DNA of 64,000 nucleotides from Vicugna vicugna (GCA_013265495.1 MU058198.1:7579779-7643778), one strand, 5' to 3'. Shown: positions 23,901 to 62,701, numbered from the stretch's first letter. The notes: generated from the letters alone by a model not told the origin. Numbers and translations: made by a program.

Positions 23901-25161
23901 AAGGAGTGGGATGTGGGAGAGGAGCCTACTGGGATGGCAGTCTGGTTAGGGATGTCATTTGCTGAATGAATGACTATATCTTTGTTTTTTCCCATTTCAT
24001 TATTTTAATGCAAATCCCAGATGTTATACCATTTTATCCATAAAGACTTCAGAGATCAGATAATGACTTGCCCCCTCCTTTTAAAAAATATAAATGCCAA
24101 ACCATTGTCACATCTAAAAATATTAACAAAATTTCTTTATATGATCTAATATGAAGTTAATGTTTAAATTTCCTCAGTTTTCCCATAGTTTAATTTTATA
24201 ATTGAATTGTTTGGATTAGGATCCAAGAGTCACTGTATCTTGAGCACCTTTGTCCCAATTGCTGGGCATAGAGCAAGAACAAGACAGACAAAAATTCTTG
24301 CCTTCATGAAACTGATACTCTAGTGAGAGAAGAAAAAAAAAGTAATGTGTCAGATGGTGAGGAAGAAGGGAAAAAATGGTGGGAAGGGGTTTGGGTATGT
24401 GGAATGTTATGGTTTCAAACAGAGTAATCATGGAAGGCCTCCCTGAGGAGGCAGTGTGAGCAATGGACAGATGAGATAAAGTCAGGTTGTGTGGGGTTTG
24501 GGGAGAACAAGCCACAGGCCACGCAGAGAATGCAAGTCGAGGCTTCGTTATAGTGGCAGCAGATTTAGGGAGTGGTGACGAATGTGTGATGAGACACACA
24601 TTCTGGTGTGGGGATGGGAGCAGCTGGAGTGTTGACCTCTTCTCTGCCTGCCCAGGGCAAACGGAGAGCCGAGGGCGGCTGCAGGGAGTAGCAGAGCTGC
24701 GCCTGGCAGGCCTGGAGCTGACGGATGCCTCCTTGCGGCTCCTCCTGCGCCATGCACCCCAGCTGAGCGCCCTGGACTTGAGCCACTGCGCCCACGTTGG
24801 GGATCCCAGCGTCCACCTCCTCACGGCCCCCACCTCCCCTCTCCGAGAGACCCTGGTCCACCTCAATCTCGCTGGTAAGCATGGTCCCAAGTCTGTCTAT
24901 CCTGCTAGCCTCTTGGTCGCTGTAGTCAGTGCCTACCTCCCTCCCACATTCCTGGTCTCAGCTCCCCTTACCCCATCCCCAGGTTGCCACCGCCTCACGG
25001 ACCACTGCCTCCCGCTGTTCCGCCGCTGCCCGCGCCTACGCCGCCTAGATCTACGCTCCTGCCGCCAGCTCTCACCTGAAGCTTGTGCCCGGCTGGCAGC
25101 TGCCGGGCCCCCTGGCCCCTTCCGCTGCCCAGAGGAGAAGCTACTTCTCAAGGACAGCTAG
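8968..25161 (+). CDS. FBXL19: F-box and leucine-rich repeat protein 19 (CXXC zinc finger, PHD, F-box, LRR), 674 aa
   Basis: join(8968-9144,10544-10687,10809-10895,10988-11206,11712-11873,13022-13533,19859-20022,20116-20277,24656-24874,24983-25161). All introns are GT-AG, phases are consistent, total 2025 nt. [53 protein letters not shown]-box: [13 protein letters not shown]. LRRs end in [11 protein letters not shown]. Confidence 0.97.
14650..14860 (+). mobile_element. MIR SINE (one of many in FBXL19 introns; others near 9510, 10330, 12130, 13700, 15200, 16900, 17170)
   Basis: MIR core ctgtatgccattgggctagtttcttaacttctctgtgcctcagtttcttcatctattaaaatagg. Confidence 0.65.
20708..20858 (-). mobile_element. 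tRNA-derived SINE, camelid vic-1-like, inserted in a MER102-like element
   Basis: Reverse complement of the 712 element: (ttta)n...taggtttat...gtactggggattgaacccaggacctcgtgcatgctaagcatgcactcctaccactgagc. Confidence 0.8.
23185..23351. mobile_element. MER5A-like hAT-Charlie MITE
   Basis: gtgattcttaaagtgtggtctctggaccagcag...ctctggggg..tggggccagcagtccattttaaccagctccccagg...ttgaagagccactg, with imperfect terminal inverted repeats. Confidence 0.7.
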
Positions 25162-26687
25162 TTGGGTGCCCCCCACCCTCCCCCAGGACTCATCAGGAGC
25201 CTGGACCTCAGGCCTTCATTTCACCCCTGCCGGGAGGCCAGGTTACCCACCTCATGACTTGGGATTCCTGAGTTTTATGACTTAGGATTTCTGCCCAGAG
25301 ACTCGAGCCAGCCTCCCCTTCTCTGCCCCCTGCACTGATATCTCTGGGGGTCTCTCTTTCCCATCCCCTCCCCCTTCCACCTGCTTCATTGTCCATCCCC
25401 TGGGGGGAGTGGGTCAGAGGTACTGGGGGTGCTGAGCCAAAGGGATGGTGGGAGGGGGGTTGAGGTGCAAGTTTGAGGGAGGGAGAATGGGGAAAGGGTA
25501 TCTGCACACAGGATACTGGGACCCAGAGGGCTGGGGGAGGTAGAGGAGGGGCTAGGGGGTGGGAGGAACAAAGACCAGATACTTGGAGTTGGGGTGGGTG
25601 GGGTGGGGGGCCAAAAAGGGAAACCAGAGGAGCAGTTGGGGATCCAGGTGTCAGAGATGAGGGGACTCGGGGAACTAGGGGAAAGCCAGGGCTGAGTGAG
25701 GGGTGGGGAGCAAGAGCAGGTGTGGGGGTGGTAGTACCCTCTTGGGGTCACTCCTCTTCCTTACTCCCTCCCCAGATTTCAGTTCCTTCCCCCCAACCCT
25801 GACTCCTTGAAATGTCACTGACAATGGCAGCTATTGTGAGGAGTGGGGGCTGCGGGCCTACCTGCTGTTCAGCGCGGCCCTGGGGAGTGGTGAGGGGTAC
25901 CCCAGCCCCCTACCTGCCTCCCCGCACTATACTTGAACATTCATCTGTACTGAAGTGTTACTTGAACCGGGGTAACCTCGGACCTGGGGGAGCCGGAGCG
26001 TGAGGGGACGGGACCAGCTTGGACTGAGACTGGACCGGTGGGCACCCAGTTTGGACTGTACCACCCACCCCCAGGCTCTCTTGCTTTACTGTATTGAGCA
26101 GCTCCACCCGTCCTGACCTGAGGTGGGGTGGGGGGTGTGTCAGCCCAATGATGGGGAAGATGGGACTCCTCCAGCTTGGCTAACCCACTCTTTCATCGTC
26201 ATGGAAACTTGTATCCCATTTGCCCAGGGAACTGCCACTCCTGGTTGCCATGGAATTAGCAGCCAATGGACACCTCCCAAAGCCAGTGCTAAGGCTGGAA
26301 ATGGCCCCTCTTAGTTGCTATGGGAACTTAGTAACAGACTGTTGGCCCTCCCCGGCCCCTTCCTCCACTGCGGGGGCGGGATTTGGGAGTCAGGAGGAGG
26401 AGTTGGGGCCAGGTCCCGCTCCTCAGCCCAGGCCTCCCTGGGGAGCCAGGTTGTACCATGTAGGGGAGGGGGGGAACTCTATCCACATACCTCAGGTAAC
26501 AGGGAGGTGCGAGGGTGGGGGGAGGGACTGGGCGGACCAAAGGCCAGAGGGGTGGGGTCCTGGGGATCGCGAAAGGCTTGAGGATGGGGCCGCTTGTGGG
26601 AGGAGAATGAGGCAGTCCGGCGGGGGGCAAATGGGGGACCCAGCCGGGCTGGGCCCCTGGGCCCCAGGTCTGTACAATACGGTTTGC

Positions 26688-26693
26688 TATAAA
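26688..26693 (+). terminator. Probable non-canonical poly(A) signal (TATAAA) of FBXL19
   Basis: Upstream TGTA at 26671 and a GT-rich stretch downstream (gttcgtgtgtctgtcttc). I noticed no AATAAA between the FBXL19 stop and ORAI3. Confidence 0.45.
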
Positions 26694-27362
26694 ACTCAAA
26701 ATCTTCCAGCCGGGGCCGCTGAGTTCGTGTGTCTGTCTTCGGCGTAAGTGATGTGGGGGTAGGGTGGGGATGACCGAAGTGTTAAACCTTAGGGGCTTTG
26801 GGCGAAGGTGGAGGTGGGGGTGCTGTTTGGGTGCAACTAGGGTAACTAGGTCCTACTAGGCTTCTCGAAAGTGAGGTTGCAGGGCCCCCTGTGGTTCCTA
26901 CAGATGGATGGGCTCACTTCCTTGAGTTCACTGTTTTGGTAGGGTTTGGAGTATGGACTTTGGAGGTGTCCAGGTGTACTTGAGTGGCTCAGGGCCCAGG
27001 AACTCCCAGTCACTGGCCAGGGTTGGGCGTTCATCTCTGCGGGGCTTGGGCGCCTAGATGACTTTCTAGGGAGACTAGGGTGAGGGTCCCTTGGGATCTC
27101 TGCCGACGGTCCCCCGGCTCCACCCCATCATGTGGCGCTCCAGCTCCAGCTCCGCCTCCGCCCCAGTTCCTGTTTCGGCCTCGGCTGTCCTGCTTCAGCC
27201 CCTAGGGCTCCCCACAGACGCTTGCTCTTCCTGCTCCGCCCGGGCCACCTCTTCCTGGGCGCTCGCCGCCCACATCCCCGCTCACCCCGCCGGGGCATGG
27301 GGCCTTACTCCGGCCTGGAACGGCCCAGCTGGGGTCCCCGAGGCGATTCCGCCCCGCCTTGA

Positions 27363-31398
<4,036 letters not shown>

Positions 31399-32182
31399 GG
31401 CTGGTGTTAGCCACAGCTGCGAACACTGCCTCCCTCAGGGCTCGGCCAGAGGCCTCAGGTCTACAGACCCCACTCCCTGCTTGGAGCCGCTTTCTGTGGT
31501 CACTAAGGTGGAGAACAGATTCCTGCCTTCAAGGTCCTTTGGGCTGGGCCTTGGGGCAGCTCCCACATTCCCAGGGATTTTCCTTGTCCCATGGCTTTTA
31601 TAAGTTCTACCCTACACCTGGGCTGGGAGGAGCACGAAAAGATCCTCAGTCCAAGCCTCATGCGGTAGGTAGAGGGGCAGCAGGGAGACCCTGGTCAGAC
31701 CTTTGGTGCTGACCCTCAGCCACTTGTTCCTATACAGGATGTGGAAGTCATAAGGTTACGCATCCACCCAGCTGCTGCAGAAGGCAGCCAGTCCTTACTT
31801 TTGTAGAATCTATTTTATGGTTGGTTTCTTTTTTTCTTTTTTTGGAAGCTTTTCCCCATTCTCAGATTTTGATGGGTTCCACACACTTGCTTTGGTTTCC
31901 ATAGAGAGGGCTTTGGGTGTTTCTACCCCAGGCATGGGTCCAGGCTTTCCAAGGAGGAGCCTCCCTATTTGGAGGAGGTTCAAGTGCCTGCCCCACTGCC
32001 CTAGACCGACACTTATCCTTCTATATCTGGTTCTCACTCTCCTGGTCCAGGGCTGGGGCATAGCAGCCTGACTCCATAGCAGGGGTTGGGGTGAGAAGGT
32101 TGTAAGGGAGAAGGTCCAGTCCATAGCCCTTGGAATACAGAGCTATTCTGACACTGAATTTTTGATGTACCTGGTTTTGTAT

Positions 32183-32188
32183 AATAAA
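32183..32188 (+). terminator. Poly(A) signal of ORAI3 (AATAAA)
   Basis: AATAAA ~790 nt after the stop, with upstream TGTA motifs and a GT-rich downstream element. Confidence 0.7.
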
Positions 32189-33549
32189 TTGTGTTTCACA
32201 CATGTCCTTGTGGCTGTGAATGGGAAGAGGGGAGACCTCCTTGGGAACAGGTGACTTGTTTCTAAGAGTTCAAGTGAGGCAAGTGTACCTGGGAGTAGGA
32301 CAGGGGTGGAAGAGACTGGGTTCCAGGTATGACCCCCTTCTGGTGCTGACAGGGGCCAGGAGCTTCTGAATGTGGAGACTGAGTTATTCTAACGCTAAAG
32401 GCTTTTGCATTTTTGTTCCTGGGTCTCTCTCTTCCACTGAGGATTTTAGTATAAGTTTCTTTAGTGTAAGTTTCTTCCTTGAGTGATTACTACGTACTAG
32501 AGGCTTCTCATGGGTAATCTTATTTAACTCACTTAACTTATTTAACAATCACATCAGGAGACAAGTATTTATCGGTATCATTTCAGAGATAAGGAACCTT
32601 TGGCCTAAGAAGGCTGAGGATCTTACCCAAAACCACCCAGCTAGTCAGTGAAAACTTGGACTACCTTTACCATCACATTGGGAATCTTTCTGTTTGAGAA
32701 CAGGAAGCAGTATCTTTCAACTGGGATGAGAGAAAGGTATCTATCTCATCACTCACGCTTCTATTGTATATTTATTTTTCAGCCTCATTTTCCTTAAAAT
32801 TGTAAAGGGTCCTATTCCTCTCTCAGGATACTTTTTGAACCAATCCCTCTTTTCCTATTACTTAAAATTGTAAATTTACATGAACTAGGTCTCAAGGGCC
32901 TCTCCCCACATTGTTTTAATGCCTACAATAGTCCTGCATGGCAGTAATTAATATCCATTTAAAAAGAATCTGAAGGTTTAAGAGGTCAATGACTTGCCCA
33001 AGGTCATACATCGAGGACTGATGTCTGGAACCCAGGGCATCTTCAGTTCAGGCAGAGGGGCCTCCTGGGACTGCTGTTATCCAGAGACTAGGATGACTGT
33101 GTCCAAGTGTGAGTAGAAGGTGGGCCCCGCCTCAGGGAGATCTCAGTCTCAGGGCCCCGTTTAAAACTGGGCTGGTGCTGCCCTCGAGCGGCAGGACTGC
33201 GTTAGCGAGGAGGGACAGGGGTTGCGTAGCCAAAAAACACCACCGGGACCATGGTGCCTGTGGAATCGACCCGTCCGCCCTAATTCAAGTACCATCTAGT
33301 TTATCATTTTTTAAGAGGACAGGTTCAAGGGCCTTGAGGACCCACCAGGCTTGTGGCATAGCTTTAAGACAGACTAAGATTTAATCACTAAATGGTAGGC
33401 CAGTAAGGGCAAAAGGCCGCACCCTCTGGGGGCCTCAGTCTCCCCATCTGTCAAATGGGCATCTTAAACAACTAGAGGCCCAAAGTGGATAACGGGAGGA
33501 AAATGCTCCCGGCATTATGTGCGTAGCCAAACAGCCTGAGTCACGGTTA

Positions 33550-34820
33550 TTGATAGTATTTTTCCACCTCCCGGGCGCCCCTCCCAGCCCGCCCGGGTTT
33601 CGGTGGGTCCTACAGGAAGCGCCCCCGCGACGCCGGGCCCCGCACGCTCTGACCACGCCCTCTGCGCGCGGCGCCTTGGCCCCGCCCATAAAAGAATTCG
33701 CAGATTCGCTAGGCCGGCTCCTTCTCAGAATCACTTTGGCAGCTCTATGCTCGGCCGAAAATTCTCATCGGACTCTGTAGCTATTCCCCCTGGGTCGGAA
33801 CTGAACAATCCTCTGAGTTGTGCTAGTAAGATAGAGCCAGGAAAAGTAGCCGACTCTGCCAAAAGGGCTTGGCTAACCAGGCATTATTTTCTTGACTCCA
33901 CCAAGGCGGGTGAAGGGAGGCAACAGCTGAAGCCAGGACTTGTGGCGAATCTGCAGCCTCTTAGACCTTTGGCCGCCTGAGGAAGGCGCAGGAAAGAGGA
34001 GCAAAGAAGCTCGCATCCTGTCCACTGATTCGCCCCGCCCGCCTGACGAATCTGCGTCTGTTCAACGCGCCACTCAAATCTCCCGAGCTCTGGCTGGCCT
34101 CCTCCCCTCCGCCCCGCCCCCTTTTCCTCAGGGATTAGTCGTTGCTTTCGTCGCCGCCGATTCGTCAAGGACCCTAGGCCAGAGCAGCTGGATAGTCGTG
34201 GTGAAGCCCACTCTCCGGGGGATGCGGCCAATCTCCAGGCTTCCTGGGCCGCAACTCTTGAGCCTTATAGGGCGCCGGCCGAGGCGAAGCCGTCATCCTA
34301 GGCCCCGTGGGTCTCCCGGCGGCGCCCGTGGCGAAAGTGCGAATGTAGACGCTGTGCCCGCTGGGCCTCGCGCAGGTGGCGGTGGTGTTTGGTGCGCGCG
34401 CCGGGGAGGTGGTGGTGGGGGGGCGCCGCCGCCGCCACCGCTGCGGGGCCGGGTCTCGCGCTGTCGCCGCCGCCGCCGCCGCCGCCTCGCGCCGCTAAGG
34501 TGCCGCGCGGGGTGGGGGGAGGGGGAGCCGCTCGCCACGAGCGGGTGAGTGGGGCCGCGCCGCGCGTGCGCGGAGATGGGGGGGGCAGAACGCGCCGGGG
34601 CGGGAGGAGAGGGCAGCGGCGCGCGTTCCCCCCACCCCCNNNNNNNNNNNNNNNNNNNNNNNNNNNNNNNNNNNNNNNNNNNNNNNNNNNNNNNNNNNNN
34701 NNNNNNNNNNNNNNNNNNNNNNNNNNNNTGCCAGGGGGCGGGGGAGGGGTCTTGCGCCGAGGCCAAGTGGGGCGCGCGCTAGGGAGAGCGGGAAGGTAAG
34801 GGGGCGCGAGATGGGCCTGG
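33550..34820 (+). promoter_or_regulatory. SETD1A: CpG-island promoter and non-coding exon 1 of SETD1A (donor GCGG|GTGAGT at 34544)
   Basis: CpG-dense, with GC boxes, a CCAAT at 34228, (GCC)n runs and a consensus donor. The next exon has its acceptor at 35028/35029. Confidence 0.75.
34640..34728. other. Assembly gap (89 N)
   Basis: Run of N in the GC-rich start of SETD1A intron 1. Confidence 0.99.
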
Positions 34821-35037
34821 GGGCCTGAGGGTAGAGTTGGGAGGTAGAGAGAGAATGGGGTGTTGTGGTGAAAGAAGGTACTTGGGAAATCTAGGGGAGC
34901 CACGGGTCATGGTGAGGTGTGGAAACTGGGGTGATGAGAGAACCTGGAGTCAGGGCTAGTCGGTGAGGGGCAGCAAGGGAGTCAGGCCTAAGTCCTGAAC
35001 CCCCTTGCGTATCCCTCTTTCCTAACAGTGTAAATGA

Positions 35038-54913
<19,876 letters not shown>

Positions 54914-55547
54914 GGTGGGGCAGGACTGGTGCCCACACCCCTATTTATTCCCCTTGGTGCCCTGAGCTCCCCAGCCCACCCAGCCTTAGTGGGCTCAGCA
55001 GGGGCCACACGCCCCATCTCTGAATGTGGGGTTGGGGGGCCCCAGGCCCAGCGAGGGAGCCTCAGTCCCTCGAGGCAACTTCTGCTTCCCCTCGTGCCCC
55101 TGCCTACCCATCCCGATTTTTTTTTCTTTGCGGAGAAGAAGCTGTAAATGTTTTGTAGCTGCCAGCAGCTGTTTCCTGTGGAAACCTGGGGTGCCGGCCT
55201 GTACAGATCCTGTTCTTGGGGGGGCTGCAGAGCCCCCTTGCTTTGTGTTAATGGGGACTTCCCTTTGTGCCCTGCGTGCACCCCTCCCCAGTTTAGGGGT
55301 CTCTAGGGGCAGTGGCCATGTTCTCCCCGTGGGGGGGGGGCCCTGCGCCCTCAGTCCTGGGGACTCCGTGCCTGGAACCCTGCCTCATCTTCTGTTCCTG
55401 CCAGACCCTGTGGGTCGCCCTCCCACCCTGGTGTCTGGAAGCTCTGGCTCTGCCAGGCCGGGACAGTGGGGGGGCAGGCCCTTCCTGTTGGGCTGGACTG
55501 TACATATGTTAATAGCGCAAACCCAATGCCACATTTTTATAATTGTG

Positions 55548-55553
55548 ATTAAA
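55548..55553 (+). terminator. Poly(A) signal of SETD1A (ATTAAA)
   Basis: ATTAAA in an AU-rich patch at the end of an otherwise GC-rich 3'UTR; TGTACATA at 55499-55506. Confidence 0.6.
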
Positions 55554-56216
55554 CTTTATTGTACAAAAGTGCTTGGTCAGTATCTTTGGGGAAGAGTATG
55601 GTGGGATGAGGGTTGACAAGGCAAGGGAAGAGAAGGGGAAATAGGTGGCCCAAAGTTTGGGATGGGTAGAGGGGCTTTTGGGCAAGAGCCCAGACCTGCA
55701 GACTCGGCCGCCATCACTCCCGGCCATCTGATAGGCTGGAACTGCCATCCAGAAATCCCCTGCCAAGGCCAGCCAGAGCAGGGCCAAGGTCAGGCCTCCT
55801 TTCCCTTCCCAGAACCACAGCTGCTGCTGGGCTTCTGGCCTCCTGGGAACTCCAGCAAGAGGGAAAGACTGACGTCATGTACTGGGAGTGAGGTCACCCT
55901 GCCTGCTCCAACCTGCAGCTGAAACCCCTTCTCGGCGCCCACCCAGCAGGTTTTGCCTTCCCCATCCCCCTTCCCAAGTTCTTCGCTGGAACCAGATGCC
56001 AGTGCAGCGCAGAGTAGCCACCAGAGGGTGCCCTGTGGCAAGAGAGTGGGGGCTGGAGAGGTGGAGGCTGGGCTGCTCTCTGTTCCTGGAATGGGCCAGG
56101 AGGGAGGAGGAGCAAGCGGAAGGGGATGGTGTATTGCTGGCCTGCTGGCCCAGGGGACGAGAAAAGACGGCCAGTTTGGGCACCCTCAGACGGTGGCTGC
56201 AGGTAGGCAGAGGTGA

Positions 56217-58929
<2,713 letters not shown>

Positions 58930-59544
58930 CGGTGGAGCTGGGGCCTGGAGCCCAGCATAGCACATTCATCCAGAGCCCTCAGACCTTGGATGGGGAGGGA
59001 AGGCTGCATGCTAGAGCTGGAGGAGGGGTCTGGTGCCAGACTAGCTGTTCTAGGGCTCTCCACATTTTAACCCGTGAGCCTTGAGTCTCTGACCTGACCC
59101 CCCTAAGATCTAGGGCAGGGCTTGGCGGCAGGCATACCTTCACTCTCAACCCAGGCCTGGCGGCAGGTTGGCGAGGGTCTGATTCCCTTGATGCTCAACA
59201 GCCCCACCCCATTTCTGGCTTTTCAAGCAGAACATGAGTGGGTAGAAGTTCCACAGGCCTCATGCTGGCCTTCTGATTTCCCCATGTGATTCTCAGTCCT
59301 GGATTCAGAGTGAAGATGCTTCCTGGTTCCTCCTACCACCTTTGTCCGTCCTTGGGGGTCATATTCCCCCTATTTAAAAACATGTATTACCTTTAGACAC
59401 TAATCTTTTGATTCTCTTCAATGAAGCCCTAGGAAACCTGTTTACTTTCACTTCTTCCCACTCCTCTACCTGAATCAGCTCCTGCAATATCGTTAGATCT
59501 CTGCCTAAAGATGCCCCAGTAATGCTGTATCTGCCAAGCCCTGG

Positions 59545-59550
59545 ATTAAA
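59545..59550 (+). terminator. Probable poly(A) signal of HSD3B7 (ATTAAA)
   Basis: ATTAAA ~615 nt after the stop, with TGTA upstream. An alternative AATAAA lies at 59818-59823. Confidence 0.5.
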
Positions 59551-62500
59551 ACTCTTCTCCAAGCCTGTGTCCATCCTCCTGTCCAGCTCCCCCACCCACC
59601 ACCCACCACGTCCCTCTCCCCACGGCGCCAGTCCCGGGTTGGGGACAGAAGGAAGTGAGCACACAGCATGCCCGCTGTTGGATTGGTTGCTATTTCTCCC
59701 GTCCCACGGGGCCCAACCCGGCCCGGGATAGGGGTGGGGGGCTCTGGGGACAGGACATGCAGGGTGGGGGGCGGGGCAGAATTTTTCTGTGTTTTATCCA
59801 TTTGCAACTTGGTCACCAATAAAGAGAAATGGGACTCTGAGGGCTAACAGGAGAGGGTGGCCTGGCTCTGGGCCCCCAGCCAGGCCCCAGGAGTCCTGTC
59901 CCCTCCGGGGAGGAGAGGGAAAGAGCTCTAGAAACCAACGGAGAAACAGAAGGGGCAGGGGCTCATGTCAGCAAACACGGCTATATCACGTGACACGCCA
60001 GCGACACAGAAACACACGCCAACGCACATGACTGCACAGCAGGCGGGGTTGGGGGGAGGGAGCCGGGGGCCACCCATCTTGTCCTCTGCGGGGCAGGCTG
60101 GGGGTGCAGGGCAGGGTGAATGCATAGAACACATCATGTACACACGCTCAAGGCGTGGCAAGAGCGTGCATCAACCCACAGGCACATGGGATGGACACGC
60201 AGTGTGCTTCGTGAGAGGCAGGGCTAGGGAGGGAGGGGAAGGGGAAGCACGGAGCCCTGGTCAAGCCTGGGACCACCTGCGGGGCACACAGGGGCTTGAT
60301 GGTTGTAGGTGTGTGGCGGGTGGGCAGCACACGCTTGTCTGAGAACGTGCAAAAGACACCAGCCCCCAGACTACATTCCAGGACACACACACACACAGCA
60401 GCCAACAAGCAATCACATCGTATGATGTGTGGGACTTATAGAAGCTGAGGCAGAACAGACTCTTGGGGATTCTCTGGTCCAACTGAGACCCAGAGATGGA
60501 CAGCTACAGGCCTAAAACCACTCAAGGAGGCAACAGCGTCACTCAAGCCATGGCTCCACCCTTCTCTTTGTGGCCCCAAGGCTGTGGGAGTTCCGGAAAC
60601 ACCTGGCCTGAAAGGGTATCCTGCCTGGGCAGCAGGAAGGAAAAAGGGTGGGGTTGGGGGATGCTGGGGCCTGCTCTGACGTCCCCAAAGAAGCCTGAGT
60701 GGGAGCAGGAGGGCTGCAGTCAGACACGGGGGCAAATTTCTGGTCCTGACGAAGGGCATTCTGGGAATGGACAGGCAGGCTCCCCTCCTCAGGAGAGCCT
60801 ACCTTAGGGGTTACATACATGTATTGGCCACACACAGGCAGGGCCCAGCCAGGCAGGGCAGAGGCTGGCTAGCTGAGCTGTGGGGAAGGCGGGGGATTAT
60901 GTTCCAAAGGTCACATTTGCACTGTCTATCTCTCATTCACACACACACATGCTTCACATGAAGAGGGACCTGGGACCCTCCAGGAGATGATCTGCACTCA
61001 CACCAAAGTCCTCCATCCTGTGCACACGTATGCCTGACCCCAGGGCAGGGCGCATTCCTGTACTTGCATGTTCAATCCTGCACACGTGGGTCCATGTTCC
61101 TGGGCCAACAGACTGAAAGGCTTCTAACATTGTCCTTTGCCTGACTACCTCCTCCCGGCCACCAAATGCACAAACCTACCCATGCACATGTTGTCTACGC
61201 AGCGAGGGAGCAGCTGGCCCCTTCCTCACCATCAGAAACCCAGGCCTGTGTCCCACCTTCAGTCTCACCCTGCTGGGGAACAGCTATTGCCAGTATTTCA
61301 GCAGGAGCCTGGGCCCTAGGACTCAGCCCACTTCAGCACGTCTGAAATAAACAGTTCCCCAAACCCAAGGTCCCTGAGGCAAAGCCCAGAGTATCAGACG
61401 GGGTGGTGGGGACCATCACTGGCCTCTCCCAGTTCTGAAGTTACTGCTCAAGAATGCCCTCATTTCCAATCTGCCTGGGGCAGCCTTAGACATTTCCCCT
61501 TATCAGTAACTTGCCCGCAAAGAGCCCTCCCAGGAGGCATCCATGTGCAGGCCTGTACCCACAACCTGCGGGGTGAGCATGTGCCTTGCTCCGCCCTTCA
61601 TGTGTGTGCCTGGGTGTGGCCTCAGCCACCGTGGCAGGTAGGAGCACTCAAAGGTGTCCCAGCTTCCACAGGGGCAGGCCTACCCTCTGGCAGAGACAGA
61701 GAAAAATAAGCATCTGGGCATGTGTGCACAGGGGCTCAGACCACACAGGGCAGGAAGCTCCGTGGCACAATTGTTGACATAGCGGTGTGTGGCCACACTG
61801 GATAGCGGTCAGCAGCTCTGGGGAGAGACGGAGGGGACAAATAATCTGGAGAAACAAACCTGGCTGGGGTACTCGTCCTTACAGGTAAATGAGTATGTGC
61901 ATATGCTATACAGGGGACAGAAACACACAACGTACAAGTCCTACACACACACAGATATGTGCAGGTATACTCGAGATAGCACAGAAACATACATTTCTGT
62001 GCCCACCCCAGACAGGTGTCCAGTGCACAACGAGCGCTGACTCAGGAGAAGGCTTACTGACACGCCAGGCACGTCCTCGAGACACACACATACACATGCC
62101 TCTCACATCACCTGCTGGGAAATACACATGGACATACAGGCCAAGCCAGTTATTCACACAAGTGTGCTTCCACTCACTGTGGCTGAACTCCACACGCACA
62201 CACACACACACGCGCTCCCCAGGACACACGCCGGCCGCAGGGATGACTAAGCCAGGAGGGTTTGGTCTACATTGCGCTAAGGTGTCCTCCATGGCCTGTG
62301 AGGACTTGGGCCCACCTGGATCCTCTGGGAGAGTGAGTGTGAGCATCTATACACTCACAACCTGCCCCACTAGGCAGCAGACACGGGGTAGGGGGGTGGG
62401 TGTCATGGGAGGAAGGGCTGTTGCAGTGGATTTAAACACTCAAACACAAAAATTCCATCTACATAAACTGTGTCCACAGATCTGTGGCCACACCCACACA

Positions 62501-62665
62501 CAGACGTATACACACACACACACCACTATTCACAGAAGACAGAGTGGGGCTTGGCGGGCTGCTGTGTTACACCTGGCCACAGTCTACACAACAACCCAGG
62601 TGAAGGAGGAAAGCTCAGACAACACACAGACTTGAGGTGTGGGGCAGGAAGGGTGATTTGGTGCT

Positions 62666-62668
<3 letters not shown>

Positions 62669-62696
<28 letters not shown>
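62669..62696. repeat. (AC)n microsatellite in the STX1B 3'UTR
   Basis: Perfect acacac... run. Many shorter CA runs occur across 59950-62700. Confidence 0.9.
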
Positions 62697-62701
<5 letters not shown>

